Source: a virus
Lineage: Duplodnaviria; Caudoviricetes
Direction: 5' to 3' (one strand)
Virus record (IMG/VR): IMGVR_UViG_3300021375_000006
Length of the DNA stretch: 64,000 bases
Positions 18,157 to 26,923 of the stretch are shown piece by piece. A program made the position numbers and the translations under genes. A model generated the notes under the pieces. The model saw only the letters and a program-made list of their open reading frames with translations, was not told the DNA's origin and did no database searches. Each line of letters starts with the position of its first letter. Positions within the stretch are counted from its first letter, which is position 1.

Positions 18157-19220
18157 AGATCTAATTCGCTTGATGTGAAATACTTTTCAATTTGTTTCCA
18201 TGCATCTGATTTTTGCTGGTAACATACTTTCACCAAGTCGTTTAAGTCCTTGATATTATATGTATCTAGCTTAAAATCAGTAAGAAATTTAGACCACATA
18301 AACACTGGCCTACCCTTCTTTAGCTTCTCTGCCATTTTCTTTTTACCTGTAGTATCGTTATCAAACATATAACGTACCGTTGCCATCTCATCAAATTCTT
18401 CTGTCGATCGACCGGCAGTGGCCAATGCTAATGAGTTGTGCATAAACTTTGCGTCAAGTGGTCCTTCAAATAGAGTTACTGGCTGTTGGAAATTAACCTG
18501 CATAATTCCAAATAATGTTGAAGCCTTTGCAAGTTTATTTAATTCCTCTTGTGGTAACTCAAGTGGTTTCTTCCACTCTTCATAGAGTTTAGGTAGGTCA
18601 TAAGTCAAATATCTTGACCCATAGCCTTTCATTCGTCTGGATTGTGCGCCGATAATTTTACCTTCTATTCCCTTGTTTAAAATCCAAAGGCGATTACCTT
18701 TAGGGGAAAATAAGAACTCATCAGCTTTATTGTGTAATAGCCTATCTTTAAGCTGGAACCATATCCAGTCTCCTGGTTCAATTTCTTTAGCGCCAAATAT
18801 CTGTTTAAACTCTGCTACAGTTAATGCCTTTTCTTGGACGCTTGCAAGTGAGGCGTTTTGTAATACTTGTTCTTGGCTAACCTGAGTCTTATTGGCTTTA
18901 ATATAGTCAATAATAGTAAATGAGTCACCTGAGTTAGGCATTCTCACTTGATGGTCTTTCAAGAACGAATGTAAATTTGTGTGGTGTGAACAGTTGTAGC
19001 AGTGATACTGTAAAGTGTCCCAATACATGTTACCTCTTTTCTTGGTATCATCTTCATGGGAGTCACCACAATAAGGACATGCCAGGGTTATACGCCCCGG
19101 CATGTCTTTAAGTAGTTGCTTGTTAGGAGTAGAATGTTGTTCTACGCAAACTTGTTTAAGTGCTTTCTTTATTCTACTCTTAAGCTCCTCTGTTATTTGT
19201 ATATTAGAGGTTGAGGTCAT
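18144..19220 (-). CDS. gp61: DNA primase (T4 gp61-like)
   Basis: Zn-binding CPYCGDS...HCYNC; TOPRIM motifs LFEGPLD and MFDND; KDLNDL. Confidence 0.85.
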   Translation of the reverse strand: MTSTSNIQITEELKSRIKKALKQVCVEQHSTPNKQLLKDMPGRITLACPYCGDSHEDDTKKRGNMYWDTLQYHCYNCSHHTNLHSFLKDHQVRMPNSGDSFTIIDYIKANKTQVSQEQVLQNASLASVQEKALTVAEFKQIFGAKEIEPGDWIWFQLKDRLLHNKADEFLFSPKGNRLWILNKGIEGKIIGAQSRRMKGYGSRYLTYDLPKLYEEWKKPLELPQEELNKLAKASTLFGIMQVNFQQPVTLFEGPLDAKFMHNSLALATAGRSTEEFDEMATVRYMFDNDTTGKKKMAEKLKKGRPVFMWSKFLTDFKLDTYNIKDLNDLVKVCYQQKSDAWKQIEKYFTSSELDLWYV

Positions 19221-20130
19221 TCAAGAAAGAATCTAAATCATCATCCGTATTGGCCTTCGCTGGTTCTTCAGTCTTAGTTGCTGTTGCTGTTGCAGCGGCT
19301 ACTGGAGTTGCTTCTCTCTGTGGCTCTGCCTTTGGAGCAGCTTTTGTAGCCGGAGTTGAAGTTACCTCTGCGATAGAATCACCTGGATTTAGATACATTC
19401 TTAGAACGTTATTTACGAATGCTCTTGTGTCTTCGTCCCACGCCTTATAGTCATAAGTTGCAAGTGAAGGAGCGTCTTCTAGTTCTGCTTTAATCGCCGT
19501 CATAGTTTCTTGAGATCTTTCCGCTGGAGCGTCTCCCATTACGATAGCTGATGTGTTAGCTGAGAATTTCGACTTATCATAGTTATTATATTCACCTTGT
19601 CTTGTGATAACTAACTCAAAGTTCTTACCTTCGAAAAGGTCGAATACTTGTGTTGGCTCACCGAAATCAGGCTTCAATTCTGAGTCAATTTTCTCTTTGA
19701 TCTTGTAACCAAACTTGAATACTTTGTAAGTACCCTCTAGTTCTGGGTTTTGTGGATCTTTAATAATTTTGATAAGAGAATAATACTGTTGGCGTCTCTT
19801 TAGTTTCTCAGAAGACTTTCTGTCTACTGCTGAATCTGACTTTCTCAATTTCCAGAATACATCTGCAATTGGACAGTGCTCGCCGACTGTTTGTGGAGAG
19901 TCCACTAGTTTTCCATCTCCATTAGAGTTAGTTAACCAGTGTACGTACTTTTGAATCAGAGATTTTCTTGGGTTCTCTGGGTTTGGAACAAAACGCACTA
20001 GTGCTTTGTAAGTTCCGTCTTTGCCGTCATCGGCGGTTGGTTTGTAAACTTCGTTTACGCTTGTTCTTTCAGGCTGGTGTGTTTCCACATCTTCCACGCC
20101 TAAATTAAAAATGTCAAATGAATCACTCAT
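19204..20130 (-). CDS. gp32: Single-stranded DNA-binding protein (T4 gp32-like)
   Basis: ALVRFVP, CPIAD, YYSLIKIIKDP.NPELEG..KVFKFG.KI, FDLFEG.NF, NYDKSKF; acidic tail DDLDSFLNDL. Confidence 0.92.
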   Translation of the reverse strand: MSDSFDIFNLGVEDVETHQPERTSVNEVYKPTADDGKDGTYKALVRFVPNPENPRKSLIQKYVHWLTNSNGDGKLVDSPQTVGEHCPIADVFWKLRKSDSAVDRKSSEKLKRRQQYYSLIKIIKDPQNPELEGTYKVFKFGYKIKEKIDSELKPDFGEPTQVFDLFEGKNFELVITRQGEYNNYDKSKFSANTSAIVMGDAPAERSQETMTAIKAELEDAPSLATYDYKAWDEDTRAFVNNVLRMYLNPGDSIAEVTSTPATKAAPKAEPQREATPVAAATATATKTEEPAKANTDDDLDSFLNDLNL

Positions 20131-20189
20131 AACTTTTAAAATTGTTTAATTGTTTAATACTTGAAATTACTTTAATGTCCTTTCGTTAC

Positions 20190-20219
20190 CTTATAGTTGT
20201 ACAATATACAATAGTTTCA
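20190..20219 (-). promoter_or_regulatory. Class-2 promoter TGAAAC-N18-TATAAG upstream of gp32
   Basis: Direct motif match 60 nt upstream of the ATG at 20130. Confidence 0.65.
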
Positions 20220-20411
20220 ATCTAGTGTCAAAATAGCTGGACGGCGCCCAGACCTTGGGTCTGCAGGCAATTCCTTCCAGGTCCCGTCCTCTTGCTTAAT
20301 CAGCCCTGATTTGTGTAGCAACTCCTCACGTTCTTGCGAAGTGATTGCGTTGGCTTCCACCATTTGTTTGAGAATCTCATTGAGACGGAAGTAGTCCGCT
20401 GTTATCAACAT
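20217..20411 (-). CDS. Hypothetical protein, 64 aa
   Basis: ORF track; preceded by overlapping class-2 (20440-20468) and class-3 (20442-20449) motifs. Confidence 0.6.
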   Translation of the reverse strand: MLITADYFRLNEILKQMVEANAITSQEREELLHKSGLIKQEDGTWKELPADPRSGRRPAILTLD

Positions 20412-20504
20412 GTCAATTGTACTTTTGTTTATTATACATATTATATATCTGAATTTAGATTTGTTTCTTCATAATATGTTAATAACTTTTTTGCAAAAAA
20501 ATGC

Positions 20505-20570
20505 AAAATAATTGCAAAAAAGGTTTCACATGTCATATTTTTTTCGTATATTAGTACTGTAATTAAAAAC
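20505..20570 (+). promoter_or_regulatory. Class-1 (putative early) promoter element, copy 2
   Basis: AAAATAATTGC(20505)...TGTCA(20531)-N11-TATATTAGTACTGTAATTAAAAAC, about 10 nt before the ATG at 20580. Confidence 0.8.
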
Positions 20571-20579
20571 ATATAAAAC

Positions 20580-20912
20580 ATGAGTAATCCACACTACGAA
20601 CACCAATTAAAATTAGACGCTATGAAGAAACATACTAAATTATCGTCGAGAAACAAAACCCTTCTTTTAATGGGGGCTAAGACCACTGGAAGCTTTCTAG
20701 AGGGTTATTATTATATAGAGGAAAGTTTATACATCGATGAGGCTAACTCGCTTCATTCGTTCTGTACGTGGATTGATGACCACATCGGTGGCGCAGGTCC
20801 AGTTAATATTGATATGTTATGGCTAGGGTTTAAATACCCTGAAGTAGACAGATACTCTAGAGCCTGTGTAGATATTAAGAAACAAATGGACGAAATTAAA
20901 GCATACTGTTAA
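20580..20912 (+). CDS. Hypothetical early protein, 110 aa
   Basis: ORF directly downstream of the class-1 promoter. Confidence 0.7.
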   Translation: MSNPHYEHQLKLDAMKKHTKLSSRNKTLLLMGAKTTGSFLEGYYYIEESLYIDEANSLHSFCTWIDDHIGGAGPVNIDMLWLGFKYPEVDRYSRACVDIKKQMDEIKAYC

Positions 20913-20914
20913 TT

Positions 20915-21061
20915 ATGAAAGATTTTAAATGTGTCATCTGTAAAGAGACTATCAAAGACCAATACGGTAACAATCCAGACCCGGTAAAAACTAGGGGTAA
21001 ATGTTGTGACTCGTGTAACTGGAAGGTTGTAATTCCTGCTAGAATGGTTTACAGCTCTTAA
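20915..21061 (+). CDS. Small zinc-ribbon protein, 48 aa (MKDFKCVICKETIKDQYGNNPDPVKTRGKCCDSCNWKVVIPARMVYSS)
   Basis: Found by hand. CxxC...GNNP.P...CCxxC...VIPAR pattern; starts 2 nt after the previous stop. Confidence 0.7.
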   Translation: MKDFKCVICKETIKDQYGNNPDPVKTRGKCCDSCNWKVVIPARMVYSS

Positions 21062-21124
21062 GTGCCTTAACATGCTAAAAAAATAGCTAGATATATAATA
21101 CATAGATAAACAAATTATATAGAA

Positions 21125-22105
21125 ATGACAGCTAATCAAATATTAGGAAACTCAGATTACCCAATGATCGCGTATAGCGGATTTAGAGGCAAGTCTAGAG
21201 ACGTGGAACCAACCATGGAACAGATCAAAGAAGATCTACAATTACTTGCTGGGAACGGATATAAAGTCATAAAGACTTACGATCTTCAACATGAGTTTGC
21301 TTCAAATGTGCTTAAAGCTATTAAAGAGTTAAAGACTGAGAATGAAAACTTTGAGATGTATGTAATGCTAGGTACATGGATAGAATGTCGTAATGCATGG
21401 ACTCCTGAAAAAGATCACTCTAGAGGAAATTCTCAACAAAATAATGATGAAATAAACAAAGCGATTACCTTAGCTCATGAGTACTCGGATATAGTTAAAA
21501 TCATATCAGTAGGAAACGAGGCTAGAGTACATTGGGCTCATTGGAATTTTGTTCAACCAAAAGAAATTTTAAGGTGGATTAAAGTTTTAAGGGTCTATAT
21601 AGATAATGGTTATTTAGATTCTAATCTATGGATTACAAGCTCTGATAATTATGCTGCATGGGGTGGGGAAGAACTCTATCAATCAGAAGATCTTATAGAG
21701 TTAATTAATGCCGTGGATTATGTTTCAGTACATGTATATCCTTATATTACTATTGGAGATCTACCAGAAGGTATAGATTTAATAGAGAATACATTTAATA
21801 CTGCTATAAATGACTTTATGAAAGTAAAAGAATATCTAAATGAAATTGGTGTTGATAAAGCTGTACATATAGGTGAAACCGGCTGGGCAACCAAAGCATC
21901 AAACTTCTTATCTGATATTTCTAACGAAGAAAACCAGGCTGCATATCACGATACTCTTAAAAACTTTGCAAAACATTCTGAAACTTCTATTTGTTTATTT
22001 TCAGCATTCGACGAACAATGGAAATGTGAATGGGATGCAGACGATCATGAAAACAACTTCGGAATCTTTAACCTAGATAGAACTCTTAAAGGAGCAGGAA
22101 GATAA
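21125..22105 (+). CDS. Glycoside hydrolase family 17 (beta-1,3-glucanase / laminarinase)
   Basis: IAYSGFR...PTMEQIKEDL; SVGNEA (acid/base Glu); ITSSDNYAAWGG; SVHVYPY; IGETGWAT (nucleophile Glu); FSAFDEQWK; NNFGIF. Confidence 0.88.
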   Translation: MTANQILGNSDYPMIAYSGFRGKSRDVEPTMEQIKEDLQLLAGNGYKVIKTYDLQHEFASNVLKAIKELKTENENFEMYVMLGTWIECRNAWTPEKDHSRGNSQQNNDEINKAITLAHEYSDIVKIISVGNEARVHWAHWNFVQPKEILRWIKVLRVYIDNGYLDSNLWITSSDNYAAWGGEELYQSEDLIELINAVDYVSVHVYPYITIGDLPEGIDLIENTFNTAINDFMKVKEYLNEIGVDKAVHIGETGWATKASNFLSDISNEENQAAYHDTLKNFAKHSETSICLFSAFDEQWKCEWDADDHENNFGIFNLDRTLKGAGR

Positions 22106-22143
22106 TCTTACCAAACATCAACTAAAATTACAGGAGGTGTCCT

Positions 22144-22329
22144 ATGTCATGGGACCACAGACCTTGGGAAATGCAATCACGCCAACGCTATGAAATGGAG
22201 TGGGAAAGACGTGAGTTTAAACGGCTTGAAATAGCTGAAGAACTAAGACTTGAAAAAAAGTTGAATAAAATTGAAACCTTTTCTGGGAAGTCGCATATAA
22301 GGCATGTCTTTAAGGCCAAAGAAAGATAA
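22144..22329 (+). CDS. Hypothetical protein, 61 aa
   Basis: ORF track; AGGAGGTG at 22132-22139 just upstream. Confidence 0.5.
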   Translation: MSWDHRPWEMQSRQRYEMEWERREFKRLEIAEELRLEKKLNKIETFSGKSHIRHVFKAKER

Positions 22330-22415
22330 GTACCATTCCAGGGCTGAGGGCAGAGACTAGGCTGAAGGCAGAGATTAGGACAGTTTTGGAGTCCCGCGGT
22401 TTGAAGCAGATTTGG

Positions 22416-23114
22416 TTAGTCTGGCAAATTTTCCCCAAGTTGCTGAAGCAAATAATGATTAAGGAACCAGGCATCGACAATGTCATCAAAAGGCTTCGGC
22501 ACTTTTTTCACCTCACCAATTTCTTTCTGACAGTAAGCAAACAACGGCGAGCTAGCTAACTCATCACTCTCACATACATTATCTAAAAAGGATTGCCAAA
22601 GAGCTAACTTATTCATATTCCCTTTACCAGCATGTTTCTTAATTGTAGTAGGTGCAACGGTCAGTAGATTTTTGACGTCGAGCTGAGCAATCATTTGCTC
22701 TTTTAGAATAGCAGCTCCTGCAGCCATATCAATCATATTATTAGTTCCCATTTTAGAACCGTATGACGTACCTTCAAATGCAATATGATAATCTTGTTTA
22801 GTCTGCGTTATATTAACGATCAGGTTAATAATATCATCAGCAGTCTTAATGTATCTCTTGATTTTTGCGAACTCGTTCTTAGAGTAATCTCCAACAACTA
22901 ATTTCCAGTCAGGTTGATGAACTAGAGTCACGTCTGAGAATGTGCTTATTTCTTCTTGTCGCTTTTGTTCAGCTTTCGTACCTGAACCAGCTTTAATATA
23001 GGAGATAAAGTGATACCTATTCGTGTCAGATGACCAGATACAGATACCAGGGGAATTAAGCGAGAAGTCAACAGTAACTAAATTCAAATTAGAATCTTTT
23101 ACCCATCGCAGCAC
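22416..23114 (-). CDS. ruvC: RuvC-like Holliday junction resolvase
   Basis: VTVDFSLNSPG, IAFEG.SYG, VAPTTIKKHAGKGN and DDIVDAW carry the RNase H-fold acidic residues. The true start may be internal. Confidence 0.75.
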   Translation of the reverse strand: MLRWVKDSNLNLVTVDFSLNSPGICIWSSDTNRYHFISYIKAGSGTKAEQKRQEEISTFSDVTLVHQPDWKLVVGDYSKNEFAKIKRYIKTADDIINLIVNITQTKQDYHIAFEGTSYGSKMGTNNMIDMAAGAAILKEQMIAQLDVKNLLTVAPTTIKKHAGKGNMNKLALWQSFLDNVCESDELASSPLFAYCQKEIGEVKKVPKPFDDIVDAWFLNHYLLQQLGENLPD

Positions 23115-23460
23115 CTAGAGCGGCACCGACTAATCTGGAAGTTAATAGATCGTAGAATATACCTTTTTGAATACCTAGTACTTTGGCTAACATCTTACCG
23201 ATAGATTTTCCTAGTGCAAAACCAGTTAAACCACCGATGATAGAACCTAAAAGACCCTCTTCAACTAGATCTTCTTCTAATCTATCTAAATCAAATTCAC
23301 CAGTCTCTTCATTTAAGTATTGTTTCACAAACTCTTCTAGAGCTTGGTCAACTTTTTCCTCTAATTCAGGAGTCCACTCAGACTGTAGGCCTTCTGTTAA
23401 TAGAGCCATATCAGTTTCTGTGAGTTGTTGTTCAACTAAGTAATCATTAAATGTTTTCAT
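23089..23460 (-). CDS. Capsid-targeted precursor: acidic N-half plus Gly-rich cationic amphipathic C-half
   Basis: MKTFNDYLVE start; C-terminus GLLGSIIGGLTGFALGKSIGKMLAKVLG...; GATATATA at 23465-23472. Confidence 0.55.
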   Translation of the reverse strand: MKTFNDYLVEQQLTETDMALLTEGLQSEWTPELEEKVDQALEEFVKQYLNEETGEFDLDRLEEDLVEEGLLGSIIGGLTGFALGKSIGKMLAKVLGIQKGIFYDLLTSRLVGAALGAAMGKRF

Positions 23461-23474
23461 AATGTATATATCGT

Positions 23475-24026
23475 TTAATCTATTTCTAAATCTAGGCTCA
23501 TCTTATTGTAAACAAAAGTACATTCAAATGTAGAAAAGTCAGCTACATTTTCTGACATATTTAGATTTAACTCGTTAATAGAGTTTAGTATTATTTTTTC
23601 AAATTTCATAAAAGCAACAGAACTGCCTTCTGCATCTAGAATCCTTAAAGTAAATGGTTCAATATAAGGCTCTTTAGTAGTTCTTGCATAATAGTATAAT
23701 AGAGTGTCCATCATAATCCAATAGTTAATAAAACCATCTAGTAACTGGAAAGTAACTGTAAATTCTCTTGTTATTGTATTTTGGATTGGGACTGCGCCTC
23801 TATGGTATCTAGTTGTACCGTCATTATCTGCTTGAGTAATTGGGTCAAATGTAATACCAGGAATATTAATCCCTTGGATAGAATAGTTAACAAAATCCAC
23901 TGGCTCTGCTAACAGTCCACCTGGAATTCTGTTTAAATACTTTTTGTACTTATCTACAACTTCCTCTGGAATAAACTTTCTAGGAAATCTAAAATCGTAT
24001 GCGTTATTTCTACTATTTAAAATCAT
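23475..24026 (-). CDS. Tail tube-fold protein (T4 gp3/gp19-like, tail completion)
   Basis: YSIQGINIPGITF...FTVTFQLLDGFINYWIM...LRILD...FECTFVY pattern. Confidence 0.55.
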   Translation of the reverse strand: MILNSRNNAYDFRFPRKFIPEEVVDKYKKYLNRIPGGLLAEPVDFVNYSIQGINIPGITFDPITQADNDGTTRYHRGAVPIQNTITREFTVTFQLLDGFINYWIMMDTLLYYYARTTKEPYIEPFTLRILDAEGSSVAFMKFEKIILNSINELNLNMSENVADFSTFECTFVYNKMSLDLEID

Positions 24027-26095
24027 TATCCAAGAGTAAATTTACCTTTAGTAACCATAGATTCATCAACACCGTTATCTAAACTAATATAGAAATCTCG
24101 GTTTTGCATACCTCTAATCGAATTTGCATTTTGTTCGTTAATCTTAAATAAGACTTCACCTTTACCCATATCAATATCTTTATTATAGACATGGTTAAAC
24201 TTTAATTTAGATTTACCGTCATTAAAAGTTAAAATAACTAACTCAGCGTTTTCAAAAGATACTAATTCGAAATCATCACCTCTTTTCTTTGCAATCACAA
24301 ATTTAATATATGTAGAAAAAGGAGGGATTGTGATTGATAGATCTCCCTCGTTAACGAAATCAGAAGTATCAAACTCTTCAACCTCTTTTAACATCTCATT
24401 ATTACCTGTACCTGTAAGTTCTACTTTAGCAGAAGAAGCAATTACATTATGTCTTTCAATAAATGTAGGCACGTACTTTGTTGATCTTGGTAAATTATCT
24501 GTAATAAAACCAGAGATCGTTTTGTTAGAAGTTAAACTAGGTAAAACGTTGTAAACTTCCGTCAATATATTTGGGTTGTCAATTTTAAGAGTAGATAATT
24601 TCTTGCCATATTTAGCTGGGTAGTTTACTGTTAAAGCTGCTTTCTTTACAATTTGAGTATTATCTGTTTGATTGTAAATTCTCATCGTCACATCGATCGA
24701 GAAGTTAACCGCAACATTAGCATTTTTAATCACAGGTCTAAAGACAATAGGTGTACTAAAGTCTTCATATTGTGTAAATGTAGTATCTGATGTTTTAATA
24801 AAAGACGTACCCACTTGTTCAAATACTTCAATGTCATATATTACAACAATGTCATCTGAGCTGGTTTGAATTCTATTTAATATATTACTTTCAAAGCCGG
24901 AAATTGAATTATCTTTTTCTCCGTAAATATTAAAGTAATCTCCATCTTCAGCATCTTCAACTACTACGGTAAAATCAGAATACTCATCTTCTCTAGAAAC
25001 TGTAAATTTATTCTCTTCTCCGGTATAGACATAATCAAAACCTGCTATAGTTTCTAATCTATCTAGTAGTTTAAAATTAATACCATAATTAGCAAGTGGA
25101 TTTATATCACTAGTATTAAGAGTACCATCACCATAAAATCTATCTAAGAACTCTTGGTTCTGTCCGATTAATGATGGGATTTTAATATTAATATATTTAG
25201 ACCAAAGTACTTCACCTAAAATAAATGGTTTAGGATTTGAAAATTCATAGTTACTTTGATTTAAGTAGACTAGTTGAGTTAAAAAGTTTTTAATACCAGT
25301 GTTTCTTTCAGTAGTTACCTCGAATAGAAAACCTTCATAACCTCTTGCTGCAAAACTAAATCCAGATCTTAAGTGTAGTCTAACTGTATCATATTGGATA
25401 TAGTTAATATTTTGAGTTGCTTCAGTCTGATAATTTAATAAATCGTTTTCTCTAGAACCTGTCCATTCAACTGCATTATTAATAAAATTATGCATTTCAT
25501 AATCTCCGGTAGAGTCGTAACCCAATAATGCATATTTAGTTTTATCGCCACCAGGTGCGTTAATAGCATGGTATCTACCAATAGTCTGATTAAGATCATT
25601 ACCTGTTGCTTCGTCCGGTGAAGCAAATAGAGGGTTAGCTCTAGTATCAACAATAGCTTTACCACCAATTAAACCAGGGTATGAATATTCTACTGTACCA
25701 TTTTGGTTCGGGGTATATTCTGCGATATTAGTTATTGCTGAGAATGAATAAATACCCAATTCACCGCTAATTGCAAAATCAGCTGGATTAGGTAAAGCGC
25801 TTAAATCAAACTTATATGTCTTTCCATTTTGTAGAAGTAAAGTTCTAGCTGCAAAATTCTCAACAGCTAAATAACCAGATATAGATGTCACATCAAAATT
25901 CACTACCGCAGAACCTAACTCATTAATTAAGTGCCTAGTACTGAAAGGATCTCCCTGGACTGTGTCTAAGAACATCACTTCACTACCATTATCGTCTACT
26001 TCTATACGATATGGCTCAGGATTACCCTGGTCGTGGTAGATAAACTCAAGTAAGATGTCTTGGTCTATCTTAAAATATCTGGATGATTGCGCCAT
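24026..26095 (-). CDS. Virion structural protein, 689 aa
   Basis: Beta-rich; translationally coupled within the structural operon. Confidence 0.5.
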   Translation of the reverse strand: MAQSSRYFKIDQDILLEFIYHDQGNPEPYRIEVDDNGSEVMFLDTVQGDPFSTRHLINELGSAVVNFDVTSISGYLAVENFAARTLLLQNGKTYKFDLSALPNPADFAISGELGIYSFSAITNIAEYTPNQNGTVEYSYPGLIGGKAIVDTRANPLFASPDEATGNDLNQTIGRYHAINAPGGDKTKYALLGYDSTGDYEMHNFINNAVEWTGSRENDLLNYQTEATQNINYIQYDTVRLHLRSGFSFAARGYEGFLFEVTTERNTGIKNFLTQLVYLNQSNYEFSNPKPFILGEVLWSKYINIKIPSLIGQNQEFLDRFYGDGTLNTSDINPLANYGINFKLLDRLETIAGFDYVYTGEENKFTVSREDEYSDFTVVVEDAEDGDYFNIYGEKDNSISGFESNILNRIQTSSDDIVVIYDIEVFEQVGTSFIKTSDTTFTQYEDFSTPIVFRPVIKNANVAVNFSIDVTMRIYNQTDNTQIVKKAALTVNYPAKYGKKLSTLKIDNPNILTEVYNVLPSLTSNKTISGFITDNLPRSTKYVPTFIERHNVIASSAKVELTGTGNNEMLKEVEEFDTSDFVNEGDLSITIPPFSTYIKFVIAKKRGDDFELVSFENAELVILTFNDGKSKLKFNHVYNKDIDMGKGEVLFKINEQNANSIRGMQNRDFYISLDNGVDESMVTKGKFTLG

Positions 26096-26098
26096 GTT

Positions 26099-26905
26099 TT
26101 AAAATTGTAAAAATTTAGGTGACCAGTAAAGTCCCACGCCTATTGAAGGCCCTGTGCTAATTACTTGATCGTTATTTAAGTTAATACCATATCCAACTCC
26201 AAAACCAACTAACCATCTAGATTTCTTTTGGTCTTGTCTATTTAATCTGCTATTTACTAAATTAATATTTTCAATATCTTTAATTTCTAATCCAGGGTAG
26301 CTTGTAGATAATTTTAATCTATCAGCACCATCTACGTTCTCAATTGCTGCCATTAAGCTTAGAGTTTGTATTAACTCAAATTTAGTTTCTAATACTTTAA
26401 ATTGTTCAAATTCATATTTAAAGGTAGAAAACCCTGTTAATTCTCTAGAGTTACCATTGCCAAAATCTTCAGCAGATGAAAATGTAACCCTAGTAGTTGT
26501 CGTGTCTATAGTCTCAGTTGTAGTAGTTACATCTAGACTATCTTTAATTTTTAAGTTAGCTGAGATTAACGAGTTAACCTCTTTTAAATCTTTATTTAAC
26601 GCTAACGCTTTCTGATACTTCTTCGTTAACTTAGTTTGACTAGATTGCATATTTGATAAATCAAATTCATACGATCTAATCTGAGCAAGCTGGTCGCCAT
26701 TATCATTTCTTAATATAGTAACAGAGTCTTGAGCTGCTTTAAAATTATTAAGTTGTCTATCAGCATCTTCTTGTGCTAACTTGACGTCTTGTTTTAAATT
26801 CTCAATACTGTTACACTGTCTAAGAAATAACATAACGACAAGAGCTCCAGCGATAAATGTCACTAGAGTCTTGTTCGAGAGTATATTTTTTATTTTGTCT
26901 TTCAT
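26099..26905 (-). CDS. Membrane-anchored coiled-coil protein, candidate spanin / lysis accessory
   Basis: N-terminal hydrophobic helix ending LFLRQC (Cys31), then a coiled coil, then C-terminal amphipathic beta strands RWLVGFGVGYGI...SIGVGLYW. Confidence 0.4.
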   Translation of the reverse strand: MKDKIKNILSNKTLVTFIAGALVVMLFLRQCNSIENLKQDVKLAQEDADRQLNNFKAAQDSVTILRNDNGDQLAQIRSYEFDLSNMQSSQTKLTKKYQKALALNKDLKEVNSLISANLKIKDSLDVTTTTETIDTTTTRVTFSSAEDFGNGNSRELTGFSTFKYEFEQFKVLETKFELIQTLSLMAAIENVDGADRLKLSTSYPGLEIKDIENINLVNSRLNRQDQKKSRWLVGFGVGYGINLNNDQVISTGPSIGVGLYWSPKFLQF

Positions 26906-26923
26906 AATTTAATTTTTATAGGC

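Noticed and set aside
16004-20130. Introns, inteins or homing endonucleases in the replication genes
   Set aside because: Lengths match T4 counterparts, and no HNH, GIY-YIG, LAGLIDADG or intein motifs were seen.
20487-20521. TTTTTTGCAAAAAA palindrome and TGCAAAA triplet as an operator or origin
   Set aside because: Low complexity in an AT-rich genome. Part of it belongs to the class-1 promoter, so there is no independent support.
22330-22415. tRNA gene in the GC-rich spacer
   Set aside because: A TTCAAA T-loop-like hexamer occurs on the minus strand, but no acceptor/anticodon cloverleaf could be built. It is kept only as a candidate ncRNA.
22290-22440. 42-aa hydrophobic minus-strand ORF (TTG start) downstream of ruvC
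   Set aside because: Weak start, overlaps ruvC, no promoter or homology cue; likely a chance frame of the tandem repeat.
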